The notes beneath the pieces are model-generated. The model was not told where the DNA came from. It worked only from the letters and a program-made list of their open reading frames with translations, and made no database searches. A stretch of DNA of 64,000 bases, from the NCBI RefSeq assembly GCF_009914755.1, contig NC_060933.1; one strand, 5' to 3'. Shown in pieces: positions 28,401-41,600 of the stretch (within the stretch, counting starts at the first letter, position 1; the number at the start of each line of letters is the position of its first letter). Source of the stretch: the human T2T-CHM13v2.0 reference genome, Homo sapiens. Made by a program: the position numbers and the translations under genes.

Positions 28401-29344
28401 TCCATTCCATTCCATTCCGGATGATTCCATTCCATTGAATTCCATTCCATTCCATTCCCCTGCACTTGGGTTGATTCCATTCCATTCCATTCCATTCCTT
28501 TCTGTTCCATTCCATTCCATTCCATTCCATTCTATTCATGTTAATTCCGTTCCATTCTATTCCATTCCATTCCATTGAAATCGAGTTGATTCCATTCCAT
28601 TCAATTCCATTCCATTCCATTCCATTCCATTCCATTCCATTCCGGATGATTTCATTCCATTGCATTCCATTCCATTCCATTCCCCTGCACTTGGGTTGAT
28701 TCCATTCCATTCCATTCCATTCCATTCCATTCCATTCCGTTCCATTTCATTCTATTCGGGTTAATTCCATTCCATTCCATTCCACTCCGTTCCAGTCCTT
28801 TCCATTCCATTCCACTCGCGTTGATTCCATTCTATTCCTTTTAATTCCATTCCATTCCATTGCAATCGAGTGGATTCCATTCGAGTTGAATCCATTCCAT
28901 TCCATTCCATTCCATTCCATTGCACACGGGTTCATTCCATTCCATTCCATTCCATTCCATTCCATTCCATTCTATTCCATTTCATTCAATTCCATTCTAT
29001 TCCGTACCATTCCATTCCATCCCATTCCATTCCGTTCCATTCCATGCCATTACACTCGGGTTGATTCCATTCCTTTCCATTCCATTCTTGTTGAATCCAT
29101 TCCATTCCATTCCATTCCATTCCATTCGAATCCATTCCATTGCACTCGGGTTGATTCCATTCCATTCCATTCCATTCCATTTCATTCCATTCCATTCCAT
29201 TACATTCGGATTGATTCTATTCAATTCCCTTACACTCCATTACATTCCATTCCATTCGGGATGTTTCCATTCCATTCCATTCCATTCCACTCCATTCCAT
29301 TGCATCAGGTTGATTGCATTCCATTACATTCCATTCCATTCCGG

Positions 29345-32300
29345 ATGATTCCATTCCATTGCATTCCATTCCATTCCATTCCCCAGCACTCGAATTGATT
29401 CCATTCCATTCCATTCCATTCCATTCCATTCCATTCCATTCCGTTCCGTTCCATTCCATTCCATTCCATTCTATTCTGGTTAATTCCATTCCATTCCATT
29501 CGATTCCATTCCATTCCATTCCATTCCATTCCATTGCAATCGAGTTGATTCCATTCCATTCCATTCCATTCCGTTCCGGATGATTCCATTCCATTCCATT
29601 CCATTCCATTCCATTCCATTCCATTCCATTCCCCTGCAGTCAGGTTGATTCCATTCCATTCCATTCCATTCCATTCCATTCCATTCCATTCCATTCCATT
29701 CCATTCCGTTCAATTCCATTCCATTCCATTCTATTCGGGTTAATTCCATTCCATTCCATTCCATTCCATTCTATTCGGGTTAATTCCATTCCATTCCATT
29801 CCATTCCATTCCATTCCATTCTATTCCATTCCATTGCAATCGAGTTGAATCCATAGAATTTCATTCCATTCCATTCCATTTCATTCCATTCCATTCCGTT
29901 CCGGAAGATTCCATTCCATTGCATTCCATTCCATTCCATTCCCCTGCACTCGCGTTGATTACATTCCATTCCATTCCATTCCATTCCATTCCGTTCCGTT
30001 CCGTTCCGTTCCATTCCATTCCATTCCATTCCATTCCGTTCCGTTCCATTCCATTCCATTCCATTCTATTCGGGTTAATTCCATTCCATTCCATTCGATT
30101 GCAATCGTGTTGATTCCATTCCATTCCATTCCATTCCATTCCATTCCATTCCTTTCCATTCCATTACGGATGATTCCATTCCATTGCATTCCATTCCATT
30201 CCATTCCCCTGTACTCGGGTTGATTCCATTCCATTGCATTCCAATCCATGCCATTCCACTCGTGTTGATTCCATTCTTTCCATTCCGTTCAAGTTGAATC
30301 CATTCCATTGCATTCCATTCCATTCGATTCCATTCGATTTCACTCGGGTTGATTCCATTCCATTGCATTCCATTCCATTCCATTCCATTCCATTCCGTTC
30401 CATTCCATTCCGTTCCATTCCATTCCATTACATTCGGATTGATTCTATTCAACTCCCTTACTCTCCATTACATTCGATTCCATTCGGGTTGTTCCATTCC
30501 ATTCCATTCCATTCCACTCCATTCCATTGCACTCGGGTTGATTCCATTACATTCCATTCCATTCCGGAAGATTCCATTCCATTGCATTCCATTACATTCC
30601 ATTCCCCTGCACTCGCGTTGATTCCATTCCTTTCCATTCCATTCCATTCCATTCCATTCCGTTCCGTTCCATTCCATTCCATTCCATTCCGTTCCGTTCC
30701 ATTCCATTCCATTCCATTCTATTCGGGTTAATTCCATTCCATTCCATTCCATTGCAATCGTGTTGATTCCATTCCATTCCATTCCATTCCATTCCATTAA
30801 ATTCCATTCCGTTCCGTTCCATTCCATTACATTCGGATTGATTCTATTCAACTCCCTTACTCTCCATTACATTCCATTCCATTCGGGTTGTTCCATTCCA
30901 TTGCATTCCATTCCACTCCATTCCATTGCACTCGGGTTTATTCCATTCCATTCCATTCCATTCCATTCCGGAAGATTCCATTCCATTGCATTCCATTCCA
31001 TTCCATTCCCCAGCACTCGAATTGATTCCATTCCATTCCATTCCATTCCATTCCATTCCATTCCATTCCGTTCCGTTCCATTCCATTCCATTCCATTCTA
31101 TTCTGGTTAATTCCATTCCATTCCATTCGATTCCATTCCATTCCATTCCATTCCATTCCATTGCAATCGAGTTGATTCCATTCCATTCCATTCCATTCCG
31201 TTCCGGATGATTCCATTCCATTCCATTCCATTCCATTCCATTCCATTCCATTCCATTCCCCTGCAGTCAGGTTGATTCCATTCCATTCCATTCCATTCCA
31301 TTCCATTCCATTCCATTCCATTCCGTTCAATTCCATTCCATTCCATTCTATTCGGGTTAATTCCATTCCATTCCATTCCATTCCATTCTATTCGGGTTAA
31401 TTCCATTCCATTCCATTCCATTCCATTCCATTCCATTGTATTCCATTCCATTGCAATCGAGTTGAATCCATAGAATTTCATTCCATTCCATTCCATTTCA
31501 TTCCATTCCATTCCGTTCCGGAAGATTCCATTCCATTGCATTCCATTCCATTCCATTCCCCTGCACTCGCGTTGATTACATTCCATTCCATTCCATTCCA
31601 TTCCGTTCCGTTCCGTTCCGTTCCATTCCATTCCATTCCATTCCATTCCGTTCCGTTCCATTCCATTCCATTCCATTCTATTCGGGTTAATTCCATTCCA
31701 TTCCATTCGATTGCAATCGTGTTGATTCCATTCCATTCCATTCCATTCCATTCCATTCCATTCCTTTCCATTCCATTACGGATGATTCCATTCCATTGCA
31801 TTCCATTCCATTCCATTCCATTCCCCTGTACTCGGTTTGATTCCATTCCATTGCATTCCAATCCATGCCATTCCACTCGTGTTGATTCCATTCTTTCCAT
31901 TCCGTTCAAGTTGAATCCATTCCATTGCATTCCATTCCATTCGATTCCATTCGATTTCACTCGGGTTGATTCCATTCCATTGCATTCCATTCCATTCCAT
32001 TCCATTCCATTCCGTTCCATTCCATTCCGTTCCATTCCATTCCATTACATTCGGATTGATTCTATTCAACTCCCTTACTCTCCATTACATTCGATTCCAT
32101 TCGGGTTGTTCCATTCCATTCCATTCCATTCCACTCCATTCCATTGCACTCGGGTTGATTCCATTACATTCCATTCCATTCCGGAAGATTCCATTCCATT
32201 GCATTCCATTACATTCCATTCCCCTGCACTCGCGTTGATTCCATTCCTTTCCATTCCATTCCATTCCATTCCATTCCGTTCCGTTCCATTCCATTCCATT

Positions 32301-32625
32301 CCATTCCGTTCCGTTCCATTCCATTCCATTCCATTCTATTCGGGTTAATTCCATTCCATTCCATTCCATTGCAATCGTGTTGATTCCATTCCATTCCATT
32401 CCATTCCATTCCATTAAATTCCATTCCGTTCCGTTCCATTCCATTACATTCGGATTGATTCTATTCAACTCCCTTACTCTCCATTACATTCCATTCCATT
32501 CGGGTTGTTCCATTCCATTGCATTCCATTCCACTCCATTCCATTGCACTCGGGTTTATTCCATTCCATTCCATTCCATTCCATTCCGGAAGATTCCATTC
32601 CATTGCATTCCATTCCATTCCATTC
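29345..32625 (+). repeat. Direct tandem duplication, ~1.62 kb unit x2
   Basis: Private variants CCCCAGCACTCGAATTG (29381/31008), CTGCAGTCAGGTTG and GAATCCATAGAATTTC each occur in both copies. ORF pairs are offset by 1617 bp (30349/31966, 30458/32075, 30760/32377). Confidence 0.92.
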
Positions 32626-35600
32626 CCCTGCACTCGCGTTGATTCCACTCCATTCCATTCCATTCCATTCCATTCCATTCCATTCCATTCCATTCCATTC
32701 CTTTCCGTTCCATTGCATTCCATTCCATTCCATTCCATTCCATTCCGTTCCGTTCCGTTCCATTCTATTCCATTCCATTCTATTCGGGTTAATTCCATTC
32801 CATTCCATTCGATTGCAATCGAGTTGATTCCATTCCATTCCATTCCATTCCATTCCATTCCTTTCCATTCCATTACCGATGATTCCATTCCATTGCATTC
32901 CATTCCATTCCATTCCCCTGTACTCGGGTTGATTCCATTCCATTCCATTCCATTCCATTCAATTCCATTCCATTCCGGAAGATTCCATTCCATTGCATTC
33001 CATTCCATTCAATTCCCCTGCACTCGCGTTGATTCCATTCCATTCCATTCCATTCCATTCCATTCCATTCCATTCCATTCCATTCCTTTCCGTTCCATTC
33101 CATTCCATTCCATTCCATTCCATTCCATTCCGTTCCGTTCCGTTCCATTCCATTCCATTCCATTCTATTCGGGTTAATTCCATTCCATTCCATTCGATTG
33201 AAATCGAGTTGATTCCATTCCATTCTATTCCATTCCATTGCATTCCATTCCATTCCATTCCATTCCTTTCCATTCCATTACGGATGATTCCATTCCATTG
33301 CATTCCATTCCATTCCATTCCCCTGTACTCGGGTTGATTCCATTCCATTCCATTCCAATCCATGCAATTCCACTCGTGTTGATTCCATTCTTTCCATTCC
33401 ATTCAAGTTGAATCCATTCCATTACATTCCATTCCATTCGATTCCATTCGATTGCACTCGGGTTGATTCCATTCCATTGCATTCCATTCCATTCCATTCC
33501 ATTCCATTCCATTTCATTCCATTCCGTTCCATTCCATTCCATTACATTCGGATTGATTCTATTCAATTCCCTTACACTCCATTACATTCCATTCCATTCG
33601 GGTAGTTTCCATTCCATTCCATTCCATTCCTCTCCATTCCATTGCACTCGGGTTGATTCCATTCCATTGCATTCCATTCCATTCCATTCAATTCCATTCC
33701 GTTCCATTCCATTCCATTACATTCGTATTGATTCTATTCAACTGCCTTACTCTCCATTACATTCCATTCCATTCGGGTTGTTCCATTCCATTCCATTCCA
33801 TTCCACCCCATTCCATTGCACTCGGGTTTATTCCATTCCATTCCATTCCATTCTATTCCATTCCATTCCATTCCACTCCGGATGATTCCGTTCCATTGCA
33901 TTCCGTTCCATTACATTCCCCTGCACTCGGGTTGATTCCATTCCATTCCATTCCATTCCATTCCATTCTATTCCATTCCATTCCAATTCTTTCCATTCCA
34001 TTCTATTCCGTACCATTCCATTCCATTCCATACAATTCCATTCCATTCCATTCCACTCCGTTCCGTTCCGTTCCGTTCTGTTCCGTTCCATTCCATTCCA
34101 TTCCATTCTATTCGGTTTAATTCCATTCCATTCCATTCCATTCTATTCCATTCCATTGCAATCGAGTTGAATCCATTGCATTCCATTCCATTCCATTCCA
34201 TTCCATTCCTTTCCATTCCATTCCGGAAGATTCCATTCCATTGCATTCCATTCCATTCCATTCCATTCCATTCCATTCCATTCCATTCCATTGTACTCGG
34301 GTTGATTCCATTCCATTGCATTCCATTCCATTCCATTCCATTTCATTCCATTCCATTCCGTTCCATTCCATTCCATTACATTCGGATTTATTCTTTTCAA
34401 CTCCCTTACTCTCCATTACATTACATTCCATTCTGGTTGTTCCATTCCATTCCATTCCATTCCACTCCATTCCATTGCACTCGGGTTGATTCCATTCCAT
34501 TCCATTCCATTCCATTCCGGATCATTCCATTCCATTGCATTCCGTTCCATTACATTCCCCTGCACTCGGGTTTATTCCATTCCATTCCTTTCCATTCCAT
34601 TCGATTCCATTCCATTACCCTGCACTCGCGTTAATTCCATTCCATTCCATTCCATTCCATTCCATTCCATTCCATTCCATTGTACTCGGGTTGATTCAAT
34701 TCCATTGCCTTCCATTCCATTCCATTCCATTCCATTCCATTCCATTCCATTCCATTCCGTTGCATTCCATTCCATTACATTCGGATTGATTCTGTTCAAC
34801 TCCCTTACTCTCCATTACATTCCATTCCATTCGGGTTGTTCCATTCCATTCCATTCCATTCCACTCCATTCCATTGCACTCGGGTTCATTCCATTCCATT
34901 CCATTCCATTCCATTCCATTCCATTCCGGATGATTCCATTCGATTGCATTCCGTTCCATTACATTCCCCTGCACTCGCGTTGATTCCATTCCATTCCATT
35001 CCATTCCATTCAATTCCATTCCATTACAATTCGTTCCATTCCATTCTATTCCGTACCATTCCATTCCATTCCATACCATTCCATTCCATTCCATTCCATT
35101 CCATTCCGTCCCATTCCGTTCCATTCCATTCCATTCCATTCTATTCGGATTAATTCCATTCCATTCAATTCCATTCCATTCTATTCGGATTAATTCCATT
35201 CCATTCCATTCCATTCCATTCCATTCGATTCCAATTCTTTCCATTCCATTCTATTCCGTAACATTCCATTCCATTCCATACAATTCCATTCCATTCCATT
35301 CCACTCCGTTCCGTTCCGTTCCGTTCCGTTCCATTCCATTCCATTCCATTCTATTCGGTTTAATTCCATTCCATTCCATGCCATTCCATTCTATTCCATT
35401 CCATTGCAATCGAGTTGAATCCATTGCATTCCATTCCATTCCATTCCATTCCATTCCATTCCATTCCGGAAGATTCCATTCCATTGCATTCCATTCCATT
35501 CCATTCCATTCCATTCCATTCCATTCCATTCCATTCCATTGTACTCGGGTTGATTCCATTCCATTGCATTCCATTCCATACCATTCCATTCCATTCCATT

Positions 35601-38600
35601 CCGTTCCATTCCATTCCATTACATTCGGATTGATTCTTTTCAACTCCCTTACTCTCCATTACATTCCATTCCATTCGGGTTGTTCCATTCCATTCCATTC
35701 CATTCCACTCCATTCCATTGCACTCGGGTTGATTCCATTCCATTCCATTCCATTTTATTCTGGATGATTCCATTCCGTTGCATTCCGTTCCATTACATTC
35801 CCCTGCACTCGGGTTGATTCCATTCCATTCCATTCCATTCCAATCGATTCCATTCCATTCCCCTGCACTCGCGTTGATTCCATTCCATTCCATTCCATTC
35901 CATTCCATTCCTTTCCATTCCAATCCTTTCCATTCCATTCCACTCGGGTTGATTCCATTCTATTAGTTTCCATTCCATTCCATTCCCTTCCATTCCACTC
36001 TGGTTGATTCCATTCCTTTCCATTCCACTCGAATACATTCCCTCCTATTCCACTCGGAACGATTCCACTCCATTCCATTCCATTGCATTCCTTTCCATTC
36101 CATTTCGTTCCATTCCATTCTATTCCGTATCATTCCATTCCATTCCATTCCATTACATTCCATTCCATTCCATTCCACTCGTATTGATTCCATTACTTTC
36201 CATTCCATTCGGTTTGAAGGCATTCCATTCCATTCCATTCCATTCCATTCCATTCCATTCCATTCCATTGTACTCGGGTTGATTCCATTCCATTGCATTC
36301 CATTCCATTCCATTCAATTCCTTTCCATTCCGTTGCATTCCATTCCATTACATTCGGATTGATTCTATTCAACTCCCTTACTCTCCATTCCATTCCATTC
36401 CATTCGGGTTGTTCCATTCCATTCCATTCCATTCCACTCCACTCCATTGCACTCGGGTTGATTCCATTCCATTCCATTCCATTCCATTCCATTCCAGATG
36501 ATTCCATTCCATTGCATTACGTTCCATTACATTCCCCTGCACTCGCGTTGATTCCATTCCATTCCATTCCATTCCATTCAATTCCATTCCATTACAATTC
36601 GTTCCATTCCATTCTATTCCGTACCATTCCATTCCATTCCATACCATTCCATTCCATTCCATTCCATTCCATTCCATTCCATTCCGTTCCATTCCGTTCC
36701 ATGACATTCCATTCCATTCTATTCGGGTTAATTCCATTCCATTCCATTCCATTCCATTCCATTCCATTCCATTCCATTCTATTCCATTCCATTGCAATCG
36801 AGTTGAATCCATTGCATTTCATGCCATTCCATTCCATTCCATTCCATTCCATTCCGGAAGATTCCATTCCATTGCATTCCATTCCATTCCATTCCCCTGC
36901 ACTCGCGTTGATTCCATTCCATTCCTTTCCATTCCATTCCATTCCATTCCGTTCCGTTCCATTCCATTCCATTCCATTACGTTCCGTTCCATTCCATTCC
37001 ATTCCATTCTATTCGGGTTAATTCCATTCCATTCCATTCGATTGCAATCGAGTTGATTCCATTCCATTCCATTCCATTCCATTCCATTCCATTCCTTTCC
37101 ATTCCATTACGGATGATTCCATTCCATTGCATTCCATTCCATTCCATTCCCCTGTACTCGGGTTGATTCCATTCCATTCCATTCCAATCCATGCCATTCC
37201 ACTCGTGTTGATTCCATTCTTTCCATTCCATTCAAGTTGAATCCATTCCATTGCATTCCATTCCATTGGATTCCATTCGATTGCACTAGGGTTGATTCCA
37301 TTCCATTGCATTCCATTCCATTCCATTCCATTCCATTCCGTTCCATTCCATTCCATTACATTCGGATTGATTCTATTCAATTCCCTTACACTCCATTACA
37401 TTCCATTCCATTCGGGTAGTTTCCATTCCATTCCATTCCATTCCTCTCCTTTCCATTGCACTCGGGTTGATTCCATTCCAATGCATTCCATTCCATTCCA
37501 TTCAATTCCATTCCGTTCTATTCCATTCCATTATGTTCGGATTGATTCTATTCAACTCCGTTACTCTCCATTCCATTCCATTCCATTCGGGTTGTTCCAT
37601 TCCATTCCATTCCATTCCACTCCATTCCATTGCACTCGGGCTGATTCCATTCCATTCCATTCCATTCCATTCCATTTCATTCCATTCCGGAAGATTCCAT
37701 TCCATTGCATTCCATTCCATTCCATTCCCCTGCACTCACGTTTATTCCATTCCATTCCATTCTATTCCATTCCATTCCCTTCCTTTCCGTTCCATTCCAT
37801 TCCCTTCCATTCCATTCCATTCCGTTCCGTTCCATTCCATTCCATTCCATTCTATTCGGTTAATTCCATTCCATTCCTTTCGATTGCAATCGAGTTGATT
37901 CCATTCCATTCCATTCCATTCCATTCCATTCCATTCCTTTCCATTCCATTATGGATGATTCCATTCCATTGCATTCCATTCCATTCCTTTCCCCTGTACT
38001 CGGGTTGATTCCATTCCATTCCATTCCAATCCATGCCATTCCACTCGTGTTGATTCCATTCTTTCCATTCCATTCAAGTTGAATCCATTCCATTGCATTC
38101 CATTCTATTCGATTCCATTCGATTGCACTCAGGTTGATTCCATTCCATTGCATTCCATTCCATTCCATTCCATTCCATTCCGTTCCCTTCCATTTCATTA
38201 CATTCAGATTTATTCTATTCAATTCCCTTACACTCCGTTATATTCCAATCCATTCTGGTTGTTTCCATTCCATGCCATTCCATTTCACTCCATTCCATTG
38301 CACTCGGGTTGATTCCATTCCATTCCATTCCATTGCATTCCATTCCGTTCCATTCCATTCCATTACATTCGTATTGATTCTATTCAACTCCCTTACTCTC
38401 CATTACATTCCATTCCATTCGGGTTGTTCCATTCCATTCCATTCCATTCCACTCCATTCCATTGCACTCGGGTTTATTACATTCCATTCCATTCCATTCC
38501 ATTCCATTCCATTCCATTCCATTCCGGAAGATTCCATTCCATTGCATTCCATTCCATTCCATTCCCCTGCACTCGCGTTGATTCCATTCCATTCCATTCC

Positions 38601-41600
38601 ATTCCTTTCCGTTCCATTCCATTCTATTCCATTGCATTCCAATCCATTCCATTCCGTTCCGTTCCGTTCCACTCCATTCCATTCCATTCTATTCGGGTTA
38701 ATTCCATTCCATTCCATTCCATTGCAATCGAGTTGATTCCATTCCATTCTATTCCATTCCATTCCATTCCATTCCATTCCTTTCCATTCCATTACGGATG
38801 ATTCCTTTCCATTGCATTCCATTCCATTCCATTCCCCTGTACTCGGGTTGATTCCATTCCATTCCATTCCAATCCATGCCATTCCACTCGTGTTGATTCC
38901 ATTCTTTCCATTCCATTCAAGTTGAATCCATTCCATTGCATTCCATTCCATTCCATTCCCCTGCAGTCGGGTTGTTTCCATTCCATTCCATTCCATTCCA
39001 TTCCATTCCGTTCCTTTCCATTCCATTCCATTCCATTCTATTCGGGTTAATTCCATTGCATTCCATTCCATTCCATTCCAATCGAGTTGATTCCATTCCA
39101 TTCCATTCCATTCCATTCCACTCCATTCCAGTCCTTTCCATTCCATTCCACTCGGGTTGATTCCAATGTATTCCTTTCCATTCCATTCCATTCCATTGCA
39201 ATCGAGTTGATTCCATTGCTTTGCATTCCATTCCATTCCATTCCATTCCGGATGATTCCATTCCATTGCATTCCATTCCATTCCATTCCCCTGCACTCGG
39301 GTTGATTCCATTCCATTCCACTCCATTCCGTTCCATTCCATTCCATTCCATTGTATTCGGGTTAATTCCATTCCATTCCATTACATTCCATTCCATTACA
39401 ATCGAGTTGATTCCATTCCATTCCAATCCATTCCAGTCCTTTGCATTCCATTCCACTCGGGTTGATTCCATTCTATTAGTTTCCATTCCATTCCATTCCC
39501 TACCATTCCACTCTGGTTGATTCCATTCCTTTCCATTCCACTGGAATTCATTCCCTCCTATTCCACTCGGAACGAGTCCATTTCATTACATTTCATTCCA
39601 TTCCATTCCATTCCATTCCATTCCATTGTACTCGGGTTGATTCAATTCCATTGCATTCCATTCCATTCCATTCCGTTGCATTCCATTCCATTACATTCGG
39701 ATTGATTCTATTCAACTCCCTTACTCTCCATTACGTTCCATTCCATTCGGGTTTTTCCATTCCATTCCATTCCATTCCACTCCATTCCATTGCACTCGGG
39801 TTGATTCCATTCCATTCCATTCCATTCCATTCCATTCCGGATGATTCCATTCCATTGCATTCCGATCCATTACATTCCCCTGCACTCGCGTTGATTCCAT
39901 TCCATTCCATTCCATTCCATTCAATTCCACTCCATTACAATTCGTTCCATTCCATTCTATTCCGTACCATTCCATTCCATTCCATACCATTCCATTCCAT
40001 TCCATTCCATTCCATTCCATTCCGTTCCATTCCGTTCCATTCCATTCCATTCCATTCTATTCAGATTAATTCCATTCCATTCCATTCCATTCCATTCTAT
40101 TCCATTCCATTGCAATCGAGTTGAATCCATTGCATTTCATTCCATTCCATTCCATTCCATTCCATTCCGGAAGATTCCATTCCATTGCATTCCATTCCAT
40201 TCCATTCCCCTGCACTCGCGTTGATTCCATTCCATTCCATTCCATTCCATTCCATTCCATTCCGTTCCGTTCCATTCCATTCCATTCCATTCCTTTCCGT
40301 TCCGTTCCATTCCATTCCATTCCATTCTATTCGGGTTAATTCCATTCCATTCCATTCGATTTCAATCGAGTTGATTCCATTCCATTCCATTCCATTGCAT
40401 TCCATTCCATGCCATTCCACTCGGGTTGATTCCATTCCTTTGCATTCCATTCCATTCCATTCCATTCCATTCCATTCCATTCAATGCCATTCCGTTCCAT
40501 TCCATTCCATTACATTCGGATTGATTCTATTCAACTCCCTTACTCTCCAGTACATTCCATTCCATTCGGGTTGTTCCATTCCATTCCATTCCATTCCACT
40601 CCATTCCATTGCACTCGGGTTGGTTCCATTCCATTCCACTCCATTCCATTCCATTCCATTCTGGAAGATTCCATTCCATTGCATTCCATTCCATTCCATT
40701 CCCCTGCACTCGCGTTGATTCCATTCCATTCCATTCTATTCCATTCCATTCCCTTCCTTCCCGTTCCATTCCATTCCATTCCATTCCATTCCATTCCGTT
40801 CCGTTCCATTCCATTCCATTCCATTCCTCTCCATTCCATTGAACTCGGGTTGATTCCATTCCATTGCATTCCATTCCATTCCATTCAATTCCATTCCGTT
40901 CCATTCCATTCCATTACATTCGTATTGATTCTATTCAACTCCCTTACTCTCCATTACATTCCATTCCATTCGGGTTGTTCCATTCCATTCCATTCCATTC
41001 CACTCCATTCCATTGCACTCGGGTTTATTCCATTCCATTCCATTCCATTCCATTCCATTCCATTCCATTCCATTCCGGAAGATTCCATTCCATTGCATTC
41101 CATTCCATTCCATTCCCCTGCACTCGCGTTGATTCCACTCCATTCCATTCCATTCCATTCCATTCCATTCCATTCCTTTCCGTTGCATTCCATTCCATTC
41201 CATTCCATTCCAATCCATTCCATTCCGTTCCGTTCCGTTCCATTCCATTCCATTCCATTCTATTCGGGTTAATTCCATTCCATTCCATTCGATTGCAATC
41301 GCGTTGATTCCATTCCATTCCATTCCATTCCATTCCCTTCCATTCCATTCTTTTCCATTCCATTACGGATGATTCCATTCCATTGCATTCCATTCCATTC
41401 CATTCCCCTGTACTCGGGTTGATTCCATTCCATTCCATTCCAATCCATGCCATTCCACTCGTGTTGATTCCATTCTTTCCATTCCATTCAAGTTGAATCC
41501 ATTCCATTGCATTCCATTCCATTCCATTCCCCTGCAGTCGGGTTGTTTCCATTCCATTCCATTCCATTCCATTCCATTCCATTCCATTCCGTTCCGTTCC

